NCBI GenBank assembly: GCA_951812625.1
Contig: CATOSP010000001.1
Coordinates: forward strand, 136,065-200,064
Reading direction: 5' to 3'
Source of the DNA: an uncultured Dehalococcoidia bacterium
GTDB lineage: Bacteria > Chloroflexota > Dehalococcoidia > Lucifugimonadales > UBA3495
DNA length: 64,000 nt
Shown: positions 20,079 to 29,993 of the stretch, one piece after another
Layout: every line of letters starts with the position of its first letter
Position numbering within the stretch: position 1 is the first letter of the stretch
Made by a program: the position numbers and the translations under genes
Notes under the pieces: model-generated
The model's input: only the letters and a program-made list of their open reading frames with translations
What the model was told of the DNA's origin: nothing
The model's database searches: none

Positions 20079-20436
20079 TAGATGACCCACGGAGGTTTAA
20101 TCTCAGTTGGGGAGGACGCAGGTCTACAGTTGGGAAGCGAGGGGAATACACGGTTGACATCATCTCATACGACGATGGAGTGCGGAATACCGTAAACGAA
20201 TGGTTCGCCAAATTTGGAATCCCATACAAAATAGTTGATGTCAGGAATGTAGCGGATACAGAATTTACCGGCACCCTGAGTGCAATGGTGTTGGAGGATA
20301 GCAGAACGGGAACGATCGTTACCCCTGTAGATGTCGGCTTTGGAATAAGTCAGATTATGCCTGTAATAGTTGAAGGTGTCGCTGGAGCATGCACCATATT
20401 GTGCGTAGACCCGCCAGAGGTCCACCTTCACCCTAA

Positions 20437-21846
20437 CACTACAGTTGCAGATGTGATAGGCGCGTTTTGTAGTGGCATTGTTTGGCTTGGGCTTGGTGGC
20501 GCCGTCTCCACCACGACCAGTACAGGATGAAATCGGGCGGTTGGCTTTCTGTCCATACCAGGCGTGTCAGCAGCCGTCGCACCTCGGGGACAGTCACGGG
20601 AATCAACTCCTCACCGGGGCCGTAGTGACCCCCTTTTCTCCCTGTTCCGCCGCCTGATTTCTGATTACCGCCAGATAGGCGTGGGCCAGCATCGCCAGCG
20701 TGATGTGCCGGTACCAGCCATCCCACCGCCGCACCTCGTACTGGTCCAGGCCTACCTGACCCTTGGCCTCCTCAAAACATTCCTCTATGGTCCAGCGCCT
20801 CCCGGCGACTCTGACCAGTTCCTCCAAGGCCGTTCCTGACGGGCCATAACAGACGTAATAGGCCAGTTCCTCCGGGTTGGCCACGCTACGGCGAGCCAGC
20901 AGCCAGTGGCCCTTGCCGGGTTCTCTCAGGGGCCGTATTTCCACGGCGGCCCAATCATAGACCCGGGGCCCCTTGGCCCCGTCGCCGGCGCTGCACCTGA
21001 CCCATTCCGATTCCTCAACCTGCGCGGCCAGCCGGTCCGCCCTCACCTGTAGCGGTCCCCTGTCCGTCAAAGCCCACAGCTTCTCGTTGCTCTTTATGGC
21101 CATCACATGCGGAATCTCCTCACGCTCCAGCCACAACCGCAGGTTGCGGTCGCTGCCGTAGACCTCGTCCCCGGTAAACCAGGCGAAGGGAACACCCGAT
21201 TCCAGCACCCGTTCCAGCATCACCTGAGCCTGCTGCGGTTTGGTCCGAAAGCGGATGCTCTCCGGCACCCCGGCCTCGCGTCTGCGTGCCCAGTCATCAG
21301 CCCACACCTGGGGCAGGTACAACTCCCGGTCCAGCAGCGTCCTGCCCTTGGCCGACGCATAGGCCAGGAATACCCCGATCTGAGAGTTTTCGGTCCGCCC
21401 CGCCGTGCCGCTGTACTGGCGCTGCACCCCAACCGATTTCTCCCCTTTCTTGATGAATCCGGTCTCGTCCACCACCAAAACCGCATCTCCGTGGCCCGGA
21501 TGTTCGATCACGTACTGCCTCAGATCATCCCGGACCAGGTCCGCGTCCCAGACGTAACCGGACAGCAGGCGCTGCACCCCGTAGGGAGTGGAGTCGCCCG
21601 CCTGCTCCGCCAGTTGCCAGCCGTTCTTGCGCTCCACCGGGCTGAGCAACCCCTTCAGATATTCCAGGGCCCGCCTGCGCGGCTCCGGCCGCCGGAACCT
21701 GCCTGCGATGCACTGGTGTACCCGCTCGATGCCCTCAGCCCACCGGGCGACCTCCGCCACCTCGTCTCTCCCAACCACCACTACGGCACCTCAACACTCC
21801 TTTGGTTCCCTGAAATTCTATCCCTTTTTGATCTGCAACTGTAGTA
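20437..21846 (-). mobile_element. IS701-family insertion sequence, copy 3 (complete)
   Basis: 1410 bp with the same termini as copy 2. Flanked by the direct repeat CTAA (20433-20436 and 21847-21850). It lies inside the ATPase coding sequence. Confidence 0.9.
20603..21781 (-). CDS. IS701-family DDE transposase
   Basis: 392 aa, colinear with 3547-4725 and showing scattered substitutions. Confidence 0.9.
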   Translation of the reverse strand: MVVGRDEVAEVARWAEGIERVHQCIAGRFRRPEPRRRALEYLKGLLSPVERKNGWQLAEQAGDSTPYGVQRLLSGYVWDADLVRDDLRQYVIEHPGHGDAVLVVDETGFIKKGEKSVGVQRQYSGTAGRTENSQIGVFLAYASAKGRTLLDRELYLPQVWADDWARRREAGVPESIRFRTKPQQAQVMLERVLESGVPFAWFTGDEVYGSDRNLRLWLEREEIPHVMAIKSNEKLWALTDRGPLQVRADRLAAQVEESEWVRCSAGDGAKGPRVYDWAAVEIRPLREPGKGHWLLARRSVANPEELAYYVCYGPSGTALEELVRVAGRRWTIEECFEEAKGQVGLDQYEVRRWDGWYRHITLAMLAHAYLAVIRNQAAEQGEKGVTTAPVRS

Positions 21847-22158
21847 CTAAGCTCCAGGCAGAAATCGCGGACCTAATGGTTGAATGCCATGACAAGCAGT
21901 GGATTGTGGAAACACATAGAGAATTGCTTGTACGGCGGGTCCTGACTCGAATCGCCGAGGGCAAAATCAAGTCTACTGAAGTTTCGGTACTCTATGTAGA
22001 CCCTCCGAAAATGCCCGACGAAGGGAAGGGAAGCACCATAGAGGTACTGGATATCGAGGAGAGTGGAAGGTTTTCAGGTTCTACGCCGTGGCCGGACGGG
22101 TTCTTCGAGGACGGGTATCGTGAAATGATGGCCGCAGTCCGAGCCGGGGGTTAGGGGA

Positions 22159-23111
22159 ATGCTCTTGCGATTTGTAATAGAGCCTTCGACGTTTGAAGAC
22201 CTAGTGCTGAGAGGAGACTGGGGGACATCCTTGGAGGGGTTGGACTCGTTTTGGCCGAACCACGGCATGTTCGTAATGCCCGAGGACTTCGATGACATAC
22301 TTGACCAGTCAAGCTTGGACAGACATAGTATCGGCCAATGGAGAACATTCCTTAAGGCTGGCGCGAAGAGGACACTTCTTCGAAAAAAGGAGGGATTGAT
22401 TGGTCTGGAATCCAATCTTGGGATGACCTCAAAGGGGTAAACGGACAGTTTGAAATAGCCATTCTACAGAGGGCTAGCACAGTGCGATTCAGGTCTCCCG
22501 CCGACAGCGAATACTGCGCGCACGATCCAGCGGATCAAGTCACCATAGAGATTTCACGCGGTGACCACTTGTTGTTCACATGCCAATCGCGGAAAGTGCA
22601 AGAGCTTGGTCGCAAAGCAGTTACATAGGAAGAAACTCCAACCCAAGTGTGGGAGGAACGCCTCCGAAATCATATTAGGCATTCGACTTCCATCCTTTTG
22701 GTCGACATTTACGCTGCCCGCCGTTCGGAAGGGTTGCAATTTTTCTTGGAGAAGCTTGTCACAGATGGCCGTCAACCCGGCGAAACCCTGCAAGCCGTTC
22801 ACATCTACTCCAGCTGTAGGGCGTTCAGTGGAACAGGCGACGGGACTGCGGCGTCTATAAGGAAGGAACTGCGAGAAGGTGTTACGCGCATGATTGCGGG
22901 AATTGGCTCAGTGGTGCCAAATTTGGAAATCCAGGTGCACCTGTTTCACGAAGCCGATCTACCAAACGATCGATGGCTTCGTGTTGACGACAACATTATC
23001 GAGTTGGGGCATGGATTAGAAATTCTTGAGCCTACACGTTCCCAGGCATTTGGTTTCAAACTGGCAGGGGGAGACTCAGGCCGGCAAAGACAAGAGTCAC
23101 AGAGACGATGA
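22159..23111 (+). pseudogene. Unknown partner gene of the ATPase, with a frameshift and an in-frame TAG
   Basis: ATG 22159 lies 5 nt after the ATPase stop. The reading frame changes within the overlap window 22356-22438, most plausibly at the A6 run 22383-22388. In-frame TAG at 22626-22628. The three pieces together give about 317 codons of protein-like sequence. GC is lower than in flanking DNA. Confidence 0.55.
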
Positions 23112-23886
23112 CGCGGTTTCGCACGGGTCATTTAGTTTTGGTGTTTGCACTCGTCCACGGAGGAACCGGCGTTAGGGTTTTGGGATAATAAGACCAGTTC
23201 CCTTCCGTTCCCAAGTTCGGATCTACAATGTCGCCTCCACGTCCTGGAGATGAACGGCGACAGCTACCGCTCCAGGAGTAGGCGCAACAGCTCTGCTTCC
23301 CATTCCTCAGCCCTGTCAGATGGCGCAGATGTCCGGGCACAGGCTTCTCGAAAAAGTGGCCGGACCTATTACCTGACCGATTACATTTGATCGTACACAT
23401 TGGCTCTGCCTGAGAAGGCTTGAACCCGTAGGACGGTCGGCAGACGAGTTTGGGGATCCATTTAGGATTGGAAGTCTAAAGCCTCCAAAGCCTGTTGCCA
23501 GTTATTCAGCTCTAGTTGCATCCAAATGGCTTCCCACGTGTACCGCAGCTTCTTGTGTTGATTGAAAGACAGAAAACTCGGCCGGGACTTAGATGGCATT
23601 GCAGATGCCGGTGCGTACCATCATAATTTTGGAAAGAGAGCCTTGATGGGCTTACAACCCACCCAGCCACATCTCGAAGACAGTACCATCTACCGTGCAC
23701 TCAGGCTCACCTAACTGGAATCGAACTCCCCGGGGATCGTTGTACCCAAAATTCCGCAGCCTCATTCACATCCAGAGGACAAAGCGCAATCGACTATTCG
23801 GAAGGTGAAACGTCCTCCAATGGGGCGTCCCTGCGCCGGGGCTAGGACCAACCATCCACTTACGCGTCAAGGGTCTCAGGCCTGCA

Positions 23887-25020
23887 TCAAGACCTGCCGA
23901 TCAGCTCCAAAACCGGCTGGACGTCACCGGGTTTTGATGCAAGGCCGACCAGGTCGGCTACCGCGGCGTCAAGCCGTTCCAGGGTGTTGCGCAAGTAGGC
24001 AGCGGCCCGTTCACATTCGTAGCTGCAGTAGCCTCCCGTGACTATCCAGAACACGAACACCTCCAGCATCGAAAGCCGGTAGTCGTACAGACACTCTTCG
24101 AATGTGTAGCCCCTGACACCACGTTCCTCCAGGACGGAGTGGTACTCCCTCAGAAGTCCCATCTCCATCTCCCTTCTTTTCCTGGACGGGAACGCATCGC
24201 TGATAAAGGCGGCGACGTCATAGGCGCCGCGGCCCCTCGTGCAAAACTCCCAGTCAATGACAACCACCTGCCGGGAGTCTGCACCCGTGGGGAAGAAACA
24301 ATTGTCCAGTCGGTAGTCCCCGTGAACGACCGTGCGCGGAGGACGCGTCAGCCGGGTTTTGATCCCGCGCACTTCAGGGATCAGGTGGTCGCCCAGGACC
24401 CGCAGACTGGGCGGCATTCCGCCGCCGGCCTTTTCGATAAGGGCAGCCCAGGCGCCGGGGTATATATGCTCAAAGGCCCCTGCGTCGGCCTCCCTGAGCG
24501 GCATCCAGTCCAGTCCCTCCAGGAGCGGGCTGTCCCACCAGGATGCATGGAACCCGGCCAGCTGCCCTATGCAGCGGCGGGCCTCCTCCAGGGTGCAACC
24601 GGCGACGCTGTCGCCCTGCCGCGCGGAGCTCATGTCCTCCAGAAGCAGAGCGGTGGTCCCGGCGCCAGGGTCCATCCCGCTGTGATAGACGCGGGGAGTC
24701 AGCATATCGGGGCTGTCTGCCAGTTCCCGGTAAAACCTGAGCTCGCGCCGGTTCTGTCCCAGCCTGTCAGAGACCGTCCTGAGCAGCGGGTCCGCCGAGG
24801 GGAGCTTGGCTATGACCGTTCTGGGCAGACCTGCGGGACCGGAGTCGAAGTGAAGCCCCAGCCGGAACAGCTGATTCATAAAACCCCTGCCCTCGGCAAG
24901 GGGCTCGGCCGAGTACCCGGTTACGGATGGCCCCCCTGAAATCCGGCCGGCATTGAGGGCCCTGGTCAACCAGCAGGGCGTGATGTCTGAAAGGCCCCCG
25001 GGAACTCGCAATCCGCTCAT
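23887..25020 (-). CDS. Phosphotransferase-family protein (APH/choline-kinase fold)
   Basis: Start taken at ATG 25020 (MSGLRVPGG); the start is uncertain. Brenner-type motif VVHGDYRLDNCFF and VVVIDWEFC. Confidence 0.75.
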   Translation of the reverse strand: MSGLRVPGGLSDITPCWLTRALNAGRISGGPSVTGYSAEPLAEGRGFMNQLFRLGLHFDSGPAGLPRTVIAKLPSADPLLRTVSDRLGQNRRELRFYRELADSPDMLTPRVYHSGMDPGAGTTALLLEDMSSARQGDSVAGCTLEEARRCIGQLAGFHASWWDSPLLEGLDWMPLREADAGAFEHIYPGAWAALIEKAGGGMPPSLRVLGDHLIPEVRGIKTRLTRPPRTVVHGDYRLDNCFFPTGADSRQVVVIDWEFCTRGRGAYDVAAFISDAFPSRKRREMEMGLLREYHSVLEERGVRGYTFEECLYDYRLSMLEVFVFWIVTGGYCSYECERAAAYLRNTLERLDAAVADLVGLASKPGDVQPVLELIGRS

Positions 25021-25066
25021 CTCAAACTGGAAGTTGCCGGAACAACCCTGAGACAGGGCCTCCCCC

Positions 25067-25759
25067 TCATGCGTCTTTTCGGGCGAACAGAACGCAGTGG
25101 TCCATAGGCTTGGGGTCCTTGAAGTACATGACCCCTCCGAGTTTCCCGCTTTCCCCGGCGACCACCCCCAGTCCCTGTCCCTCCAGCATGTCCAGCACCT
25201 TTTCAACGGCGTATAGCTGGAAGGCCCTCTCGACACCATAGTCCCCGTCGTACACGGTTGCGACCCCGTCCCCGCACTTGAACATTAGCTGCAGCACGCC
25301 GCCGGCCTTCAGCATCCTGGCCAACTCCGGCAGCGTCATCCCCAGGGTTACGTCCGGTTCGATATGCTGGATAACCGCGTTGCACAGGACAAACTCGAAA
25401 GAGCCGTCCGGGTAACCGAGCGCCCTGCGCAGGTCTGCCACTTCCACCCGGTCGGCAATCTCGGGATGAAGCCTGCGTGCCTCCAGGATGTTCTCCTCCA
25501 CCGCGTCCACACCATAAATGTCGTATCCCCTCTGCCAGTAGAAGTACACGTCCCGCGCCCCTGCGCCACAACCGGCGTCCAGCCCCCGGCATCCCGGCGG
25601 GACCAGCTCCATGAGACGGTCCATCAGGTCCCTGTCGCCCCCGAGCATTGGATGGGACATATCGGTGTAGACCGACTGGATGAAGTTGTGGCTCACCTCA
25701 GCGTAGCGCTGGGCGTGTTGCCTGTAAAAGGACTCGGAAAAATCAGGTGATATGGTCAT
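25067..25759 (-). CDS. Class I SAM-dependent methyltransferase
   Basis: ATG 25759. Motif I is GLDAGCGAGARD, and the post-I acidic residue is in YGVDAVE. Confidence 0.75.
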   Translation of the reverse strand: MTISPDFSESFYRQHAQRYAEVSHNFIQSVYTDMSHPMLGGDRDLMDRLMELVPPGCRGLDAGCGAGARDVYFYWQRGYDIYGVDAVEENILEARRLHPEIADRVEVADLRRALGYPDGSFEFVLCNAVIQHIEPDVTLGMTLPELARMLKAGGVLQLMFKCGDGVATVYDGDYGVERAFQLYAVEKVLDMLEGQGLGVVAGESGKLGGVMYFKDPKPMDHCVLFARKDA

Positions 25760-25789
25760 CGCCGGCCCGCTGCCCAACAGGATGAAGAA

Positions 25790-26501
25790 TCAGTTGCCAA
25801 AAGGGTCGATGAATTGCCCGGTCATCGAGGCGGGCGCCTGTGCCGCAAGGTACAGCACCGCCTGCGCCACCTCTTCCGGAGCAATCCAGTCCGGGTCTCC
25901 AGAGGGATTGTACTCCCGCGCCATACCGGTATCCAACCAGCCGGGATTGATGCCGTTCATCCTGATTCCGTAGGAGCAGAGGGAATGGACCAGGGAGGCC
26001 GTGTATCGTATCCCACGACCCCCCATTTTGACCCTGCGTACGCCCCGTATTCGCATCGGGCCGCCTCCCCGAGGACGATCCCATGTTGATTATGACGCCG
26101 CGCTTTCTCCGCATCATGTGGGGAATTACCGCCCGGCGGACCAGGTGCATCCCCCGGAAATTGGTGCCCATCACCTCGTCCCACTGCTCCAGCGTTGTCG
26201 CCCACAGCGGTGTTTCGTAGGTGATCACTCCGGAGTTGTTGACCAGCAGACCGGTCCGGCCCAGCGTCCCGATGACCTCCCCGGCAACCCGGGCTGCATC
26301 GTCGCACCGGGTAACGTCCAGGGAAAAGGCCGCCGGCTGTCCTCCGGCAGCCTGTATCTCCCTGGCCACCCGCACCAGGCGGCCTATGTCCCGTCCGGCA
26401 AGGACGATTCGGGCGCCTTCGCGAGCGAAGCACAGGGCTATGGCCCGGCCTGTGCCACGGCCGGCGCCGGTGATAGGAGCCGCCTCACCGTTGGGCAACA
26501 T
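25790..26501 (-). pseudogene. Short-chain dehydrogenase/reductase with two frameshifts
   Basis: TGAGRGTGRA and NNSG lie in one frame, YAGSKWGVVGY in a second, and GIRMNGINPGW in a third. One lesion is the tandem 5-bp duplication GTATCGTATC (26003-26012). The other is best explained by a 1-nt loss in the C-run 26043-26046. Confidence 0.7.
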
Positions 26502-26616
26502 ACGCTGGCTGTGCCCTTCTGCTACAGGACATTATCCCGTAGTCGGCAGCGCCTCGATGCGATCTGCGACTCTGAAACCACGAAGGATCCGGTCGTTGCC
26601 CCACCGGTGAATGCAA

Positions 26617-28011
26617 TTACATCCGCAGTTCAAGCCGGGGAGCAAGCAGGCGGTCTGGCGCCCCGGTCTGGCGCATGAAGTGGACCAGCTTCCGGTGCAG
26701 TTCAGAGGCTATGGCCGTGTGGCCCTCTATGACGTTCGCCGACTGCCCGGGGTCGGCGGCAAGATTGTAGAGCCTGGAGACCCCGGGGAGCGGGCTGTAC
26801 AGGAGGCTCCAGCCTCCCGAGGTCACGGTCGTCACCGGAGGCTCCGTCAGGACCCGGAGCAGGTTGTCCACCGAGTGGACCGGGTCTCCGACGTTGGCGA
26901 AGGGCAGGCTGCTTACAACGAAATCGCGCCCCTGCGCAGCGGGGTCGCGCAGCGCCGGCGCGAGAGAGCGGCCCTGCACAAACCGGGGAATTTCCAGCCC
27001 CAGCAGGTCCAGGACCGTGGGCATCACATCCACGGCAGAGGTCATGCCGGTGTAGTTGCCGGGCGGGACGCCGGGCGCCTTGATCAGCAGGGGCAGGTGG
27101 ACGATCTCCTCGTATAGGGGGGAGTAGCTCCACTGCGAGCCCGGCTCATCATAGGGTCTGAGAGTGCCGTCGGGATACTTGCCGGAGCTCATCTTGCCAA
27201 AGAGGCCGTCGTGCTCTCCGAAATAGAAACCGTGGTCGGTCGTGAAGATGACGGCCGTCCTGTCGGCCAGTCCCATGTTCTCCACCATTCGCAGCAGGAA
27301 CCCGGCCCAGGTGTCGACCATGGTTATCTCGCCGCAGTAGGTGGCGTGTCCCTTCCTGAGTTGCTCCTCCCGGTAGCCGGGCACGTCGTGCCAGTTCCCG
27401 TAGAGCGGCAGCACCAGTTCGCCGTCATACCCCGGCCAGTAGAGTTCGGTGTAATAGGACGGGGCGTCCCAGGGTTCGTGGGGGTCCCAGGTGTCCACGT
27501 AGAGGAAGAAGTCCTCCCTGTAGTGCTGTTCCAGCCACCGCATGGCCGACATGAACGTCCTGGGCGCGTTCCTGTCCGCCTCGCCGCGCCAGGCAGCCCT
27601 GACATCAAGGGCCTCGTTGTGGTACCCGGGCCCGGGTACCAGTGACCAGAGGGTGTCCTGACCCAGGTTCATGAAGAAAGACTGGAAGCCCCGGTCGTAG
27701 TTCATCCCGTCCCTCAGATAGTAGGGAGTGTCGACGGAGGCTGCTGTGTGCATCCCGTGTCCGGCCAGGATCTCGGCTAGGGTGGTGACGCCCGCCGGGA
27801 GTGGTTCCCAGCCCATGAACGACATGGTCCAGCGCCCGGTCTGGTGGTCGGCGCGGGTGGGCATGGTGGGGAATCCGGCCGAATAGTGGTTGTCGAACCT
27901 CACTGCGCTGGCCGCCAGCGAGTCAAGAGAGGGTGTCCGGATAAAGCTGTTGCCGTAAGCGCCCAGGTGGTCACGGCGAAAGGTGTCCGCAACAATCCAG
28001 ATGACATTCAT
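26617..28011 (-). CDS. Sulfatase-family (alkaline-phosphatase superfamily) protein with Thr at the formylglycine position
   Basis: ATG 28011 after AGGAG. VIWIVADTFRRDHLGAYG and TPSLDSLA match type I sulfatases, but the C/S-x-P-x-R box reads T-M-P-T-R (FPTMPTRADHQTGR). No signal peptide. Confidence 0.75.
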   Translation of the reverse strand: MNVIWIVADTFRRDHLGAYGNSFIRTPSLDSLAASAVRFDNHYSAGFPTMPTRADHQTGRWTMSFMGWEPLPAGVTTLAEILAGHGMHTAASVDTPYYLRDGMNYDRGFQSFFMNLGQDTLWSLVPGPGYHNEALDVRAAWRGEADRNAPRTFMSAMRWLEQHYREDFFLYVDTWDPHEPWDAPSYYTELYWPGYDGELVLPLYGNWHDVPGYREEQLRKGHATYCGEITMVDTWAGFLLRMVENMGLADRTAVIFTTDHGFYFGEHDGLFGKMSSGKYPDGTLRPYDEPGSQWSYSPLYEEIVHLPLLIKAPGVPPGNYTGMTSAVDVMPTVLDLLGLEIPRFVQGRSLAPALRDPAAQGRDFVVSSLPFANVGDPVHSVDNLLRVLTEPPVTTVTSGGWSLLYSPLPGVSRLYNLAADPGQSANVIEGHTAIASELHRKLVHFMRQTGAPDRLLAPRLELRM

Positions 28012-28515
28012 CACTTGCACTCCTGGGAACTGGTGGGAGGAGCTGAATTTATCACAGCGCCTCACTCAATTGAACACCGCCTGACACCGGAGCCCGCTGG
28101 CAGGCCGGCGAGTCAGAATCATCCATCCCGGTTCTTTCCCCGGAAGCTGTGGTTCAGGACCATTCGGTTATGACCCGGGCATGGCCCGATGCCCCACGCT
28201 GTAGGATGAGGCTGACCCCACGGAACTACAGTTCCGGGACGGCCCGGAAAATACACATCCCGCCTTGCCTGTAGTCTGGGCAGGACCAGCTTCCGTCGAC
28301 GGAGCGAACTACCCGCCAAGCCCTGGCGACGGCGGAGCCAGGAACGTATCCGAAAAGTCTCGATGCCCCCGGAGATTCGCCGCTTGCGCGGGATGTGACC
28401 CGGCAAACAGGTACGGGTAAGCGTGGAGGAATTAACAAAGATTTAACAACACGGAAAATAGTCTGTAACACCGGTCCGTAGAATCGGAAGTAGAGATTGA
28501 CTCGAGGAGGGACCG

Positions 28516-28599
28516 ATGGAGGCGATCATCGCCGGGGCAGCATTCGTGGGACTTTTCACCCTGTGGGTGGTGCTGCCGAAGAAACTCCTGCGGCGGTAG
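28516..28599 (+). CDS. 27-aa hydrophobic peptide MEAIIAGAAFVGLFTLWVVLPKKLLRR
   Basis: ATG 6 nt after GAGGAGG. One predicted TM helix and a basic tail. Its own terminator follows at 28633-28666. Confidence 0.45.
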   Translation: MEAIIAGAAFVGLFTLWVVLPKKLLRR

Positions 28600-28632
28600 T
28601 CCCCTTCAACCGGAAACCCCAGGGAACACCGG

Positions 28633-28666
28633 ACCGGGAGACGTATCAGTCTCCCGGTATTTTATT
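28633..28666 (+). terminator. Rho-independent terminator
   Basis: ACCGGGAGAC-gtatca-GTCTCCCGGT followed by ATTTTATT. Confidence 0.7.
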
Positions 28667-28851
28667 GTCTCCGGGTGAGAGATTGGATGCCCTACGAGGG
28701 ACTCCGGTCCCGGGTCCATCGGGGCATCCTAATGCCGTGTGCAACATGGCAACCCTGGGTCCCATTGAACAATTTCAGAGGCAACGCGAGGAAGGGGGAC
28801 CCCCTGCGAATCGATAGTTCGAGGGTCACCAGGCTCGCGGGATGAGAAGCT

Positions 28852-29877
28852 CTAAAGCCTCCCTCGCCCCTGGCCCTGCCGCCATGTCCTTCCCGCAGAC
28901 GCCGTCCTCCCCAGCCTGTCCCCGGGGCTGACCTGCTGGTGAAACTCCCGGGCGTCCTCTTCCCCCAGCGTACGGAAGTAGGTCTCGGGAATCTTCTTCC
29001 ATCCGCCAACTATCTTCAGGACCTGCTCCGGCATCCCGGCTCTCAGGGCGTTTATGGCGTAGGAATGACGGAACCTGTGGGGATGCATGTCTTCTATGCT
29101 GGCCCGCTTAGCCAGGCGCTTCAGAATCTGGCAGATCCCGTTTGGCAACAACGCTTCCCCTTGCTCGGACACCCAAAGCGCCTTGCTGCGCGGCATGAGA
29201 ACATCTCTTTCCTGCAGGTAGTCCAACAGCACGGACCTGGCCGAGTCGCCAATCGGCATCCTCCGTTCTCTCCGTCCCTTGCCCATGACCAGCAGCGTAC
29301 CATTACTCAAGTCCACGTCATAAGTCCGCAACCCGGCTATCTCGGCGAGCCGACCCGGGGTGTCCCAGAACGCGTACAGGAGCGCCCGGTCGCGGACCAA
29401 GCGGAAACGGTGGGCGGGAGTCCTGGCGAGGACGGGGTCAGCGAGGGTCAACAGGTCCCGCATCTGGCCTTCGGTGATCACGGGGACCGTCTTCTCCTCC
29501 AGCCAGGGGGGACTGATGGAGAGCATGGGGTTTTCGGCAGGGGGCCCGCGTTCCACGAGCCAGTTGAAGAACCGGTTCAGGCGGCGGTACTGGGCGTTGA
29601 TATGCCCCTTGGACAGCTTCCTGGGTTCAGCGTAGGTCCGTTCCCCGAACCACCGCACCCGGCCTTGAAGGTACGCGAGGTATTCCTCCAGGCGCTCGGT
29701 GGTGATCTGCTGAACGCCGGGCCAGCCATGTCCCTCGGCGTACAGGGCAGCCATCGCCAACGTGGTTTCCAGGCTGGCGAGGTATCCCTCGGAGTACCGG
29801 TTGGAGGCCTTCAGGCTGCTGAGAAACCGTTTGCCGTAAGCGCGAAGACTGTGGTCAAAAACCTGCTTGACGACCAT
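28852..29877 (-). CDS. Tyrosine recombinase / phage-type integrase (XerC/D-like)
   Basis: GKGRRERRMPI, HPHRFRHSYAINAL and GGWKKIPETYF supply the R...HxxR...Y catalytic pattern. Confidence 0.85.
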   Translation of the reverse strand: MVVKQVFDHSLRAYGKRFLSSLKASNRYSEGYLASLETTLAMAALYAEGHGWPGVQQITTERLEEYLAYLQGRVRWFGERTYAEPRKLSKGHINAQYRRLNRFFNWLVERGPPAENPMLSISPPWLEEKTVPVITEGQMRDLLTLADPVLARTPAHRFRLVRDRALLYAFWDTPGRLAEIAGLRTYDVDLSNGTLLVMGKGRRERRMPIGDSARSVLLDYLQERDVLMPRSKALWVSEQGEALLPNGICQILKRLAKRASIEDMHPHRFRHSYAINALRAGMPEQVLKIVGGWKKIPETYFRTLGEEDAREFHQQVSPGDRLGRTASAGRTWRQGQGRGRL

Positions 29878-29946
29878 TCATCCGGTGGCGCCTGAGAGAA
29901 AGAGCCGTCATTCTGTATCTGATTTTACCAGAAGGTGCGGAAGAAG

Positions 29947-29993
29947 TGGGCCTCGAAGGACTCGAACCATCGACCTCGGTCTTATCAGGACAG
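29947..29993 (-). pseudogene. tRNA-Ile(GAU)-like 3' fragment (anticodon arm to 3' acceptor strand)
   Basis: The minus strand reads CTGTC-CTGATAA-GACCG AGGTC GATGG-TTCGAGT-CCTTC GAGGCCC A. This gives an anticodon loop with GAU, variable loop AGGTC and a TPsiC loop, each stem with one mismatch. No complementary 5' acceptor strand or D-arm is present. It lies 70 nt upstream of the integrase start. Confidence 0.55.

Larger units (their letters stand above)
18559..22154 (+). pseudogene. DUF3696/AAA_15-21-type ATPase gene, split by an IS630-family and an IS701-family insertion
   Basis: Removing both IS copies and one copy of each target duplication restores one frame: ..VVSKRAAL|DDPRRFNLSW...VDVGFGISQIMPVIV...PPEVHLHP|KLQAEIADLMVECHDKQWIVETHRELLVRR...WPDGFFEDGY. 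The Walker-B/D-loop-like EVHLHP, THS-like ETH and the C-terminal WPxGFF are as I recall for DUF3696 ATPases. No intact P-loop region is recognisable upstream. Confidence 0.65.

Noticed and set aside
23400-23886. Low-GC spacer with small minus-strand ORFs, e.g. a 45-aa MPSKSRPSFLSFNQHKKLRYTWEAIWMQLELNNWQQALEALDFQS
   Set aside because: There is no RBS and no recognisable family. The sequence is probably debris from the decayed accessory region, so the evidence is insufficient to call a gene.
29885-29936. TPP-riboswitch-like words (CTGAGAG ... ATCTGAT...ACCAG) upstream of the tRNA-like remnant
   Set aside because: Only fragments of the consensus are present, and the CUGG/GGAUAAUGCC part is missing. 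No downstream plus-strand gene exists to regulate.
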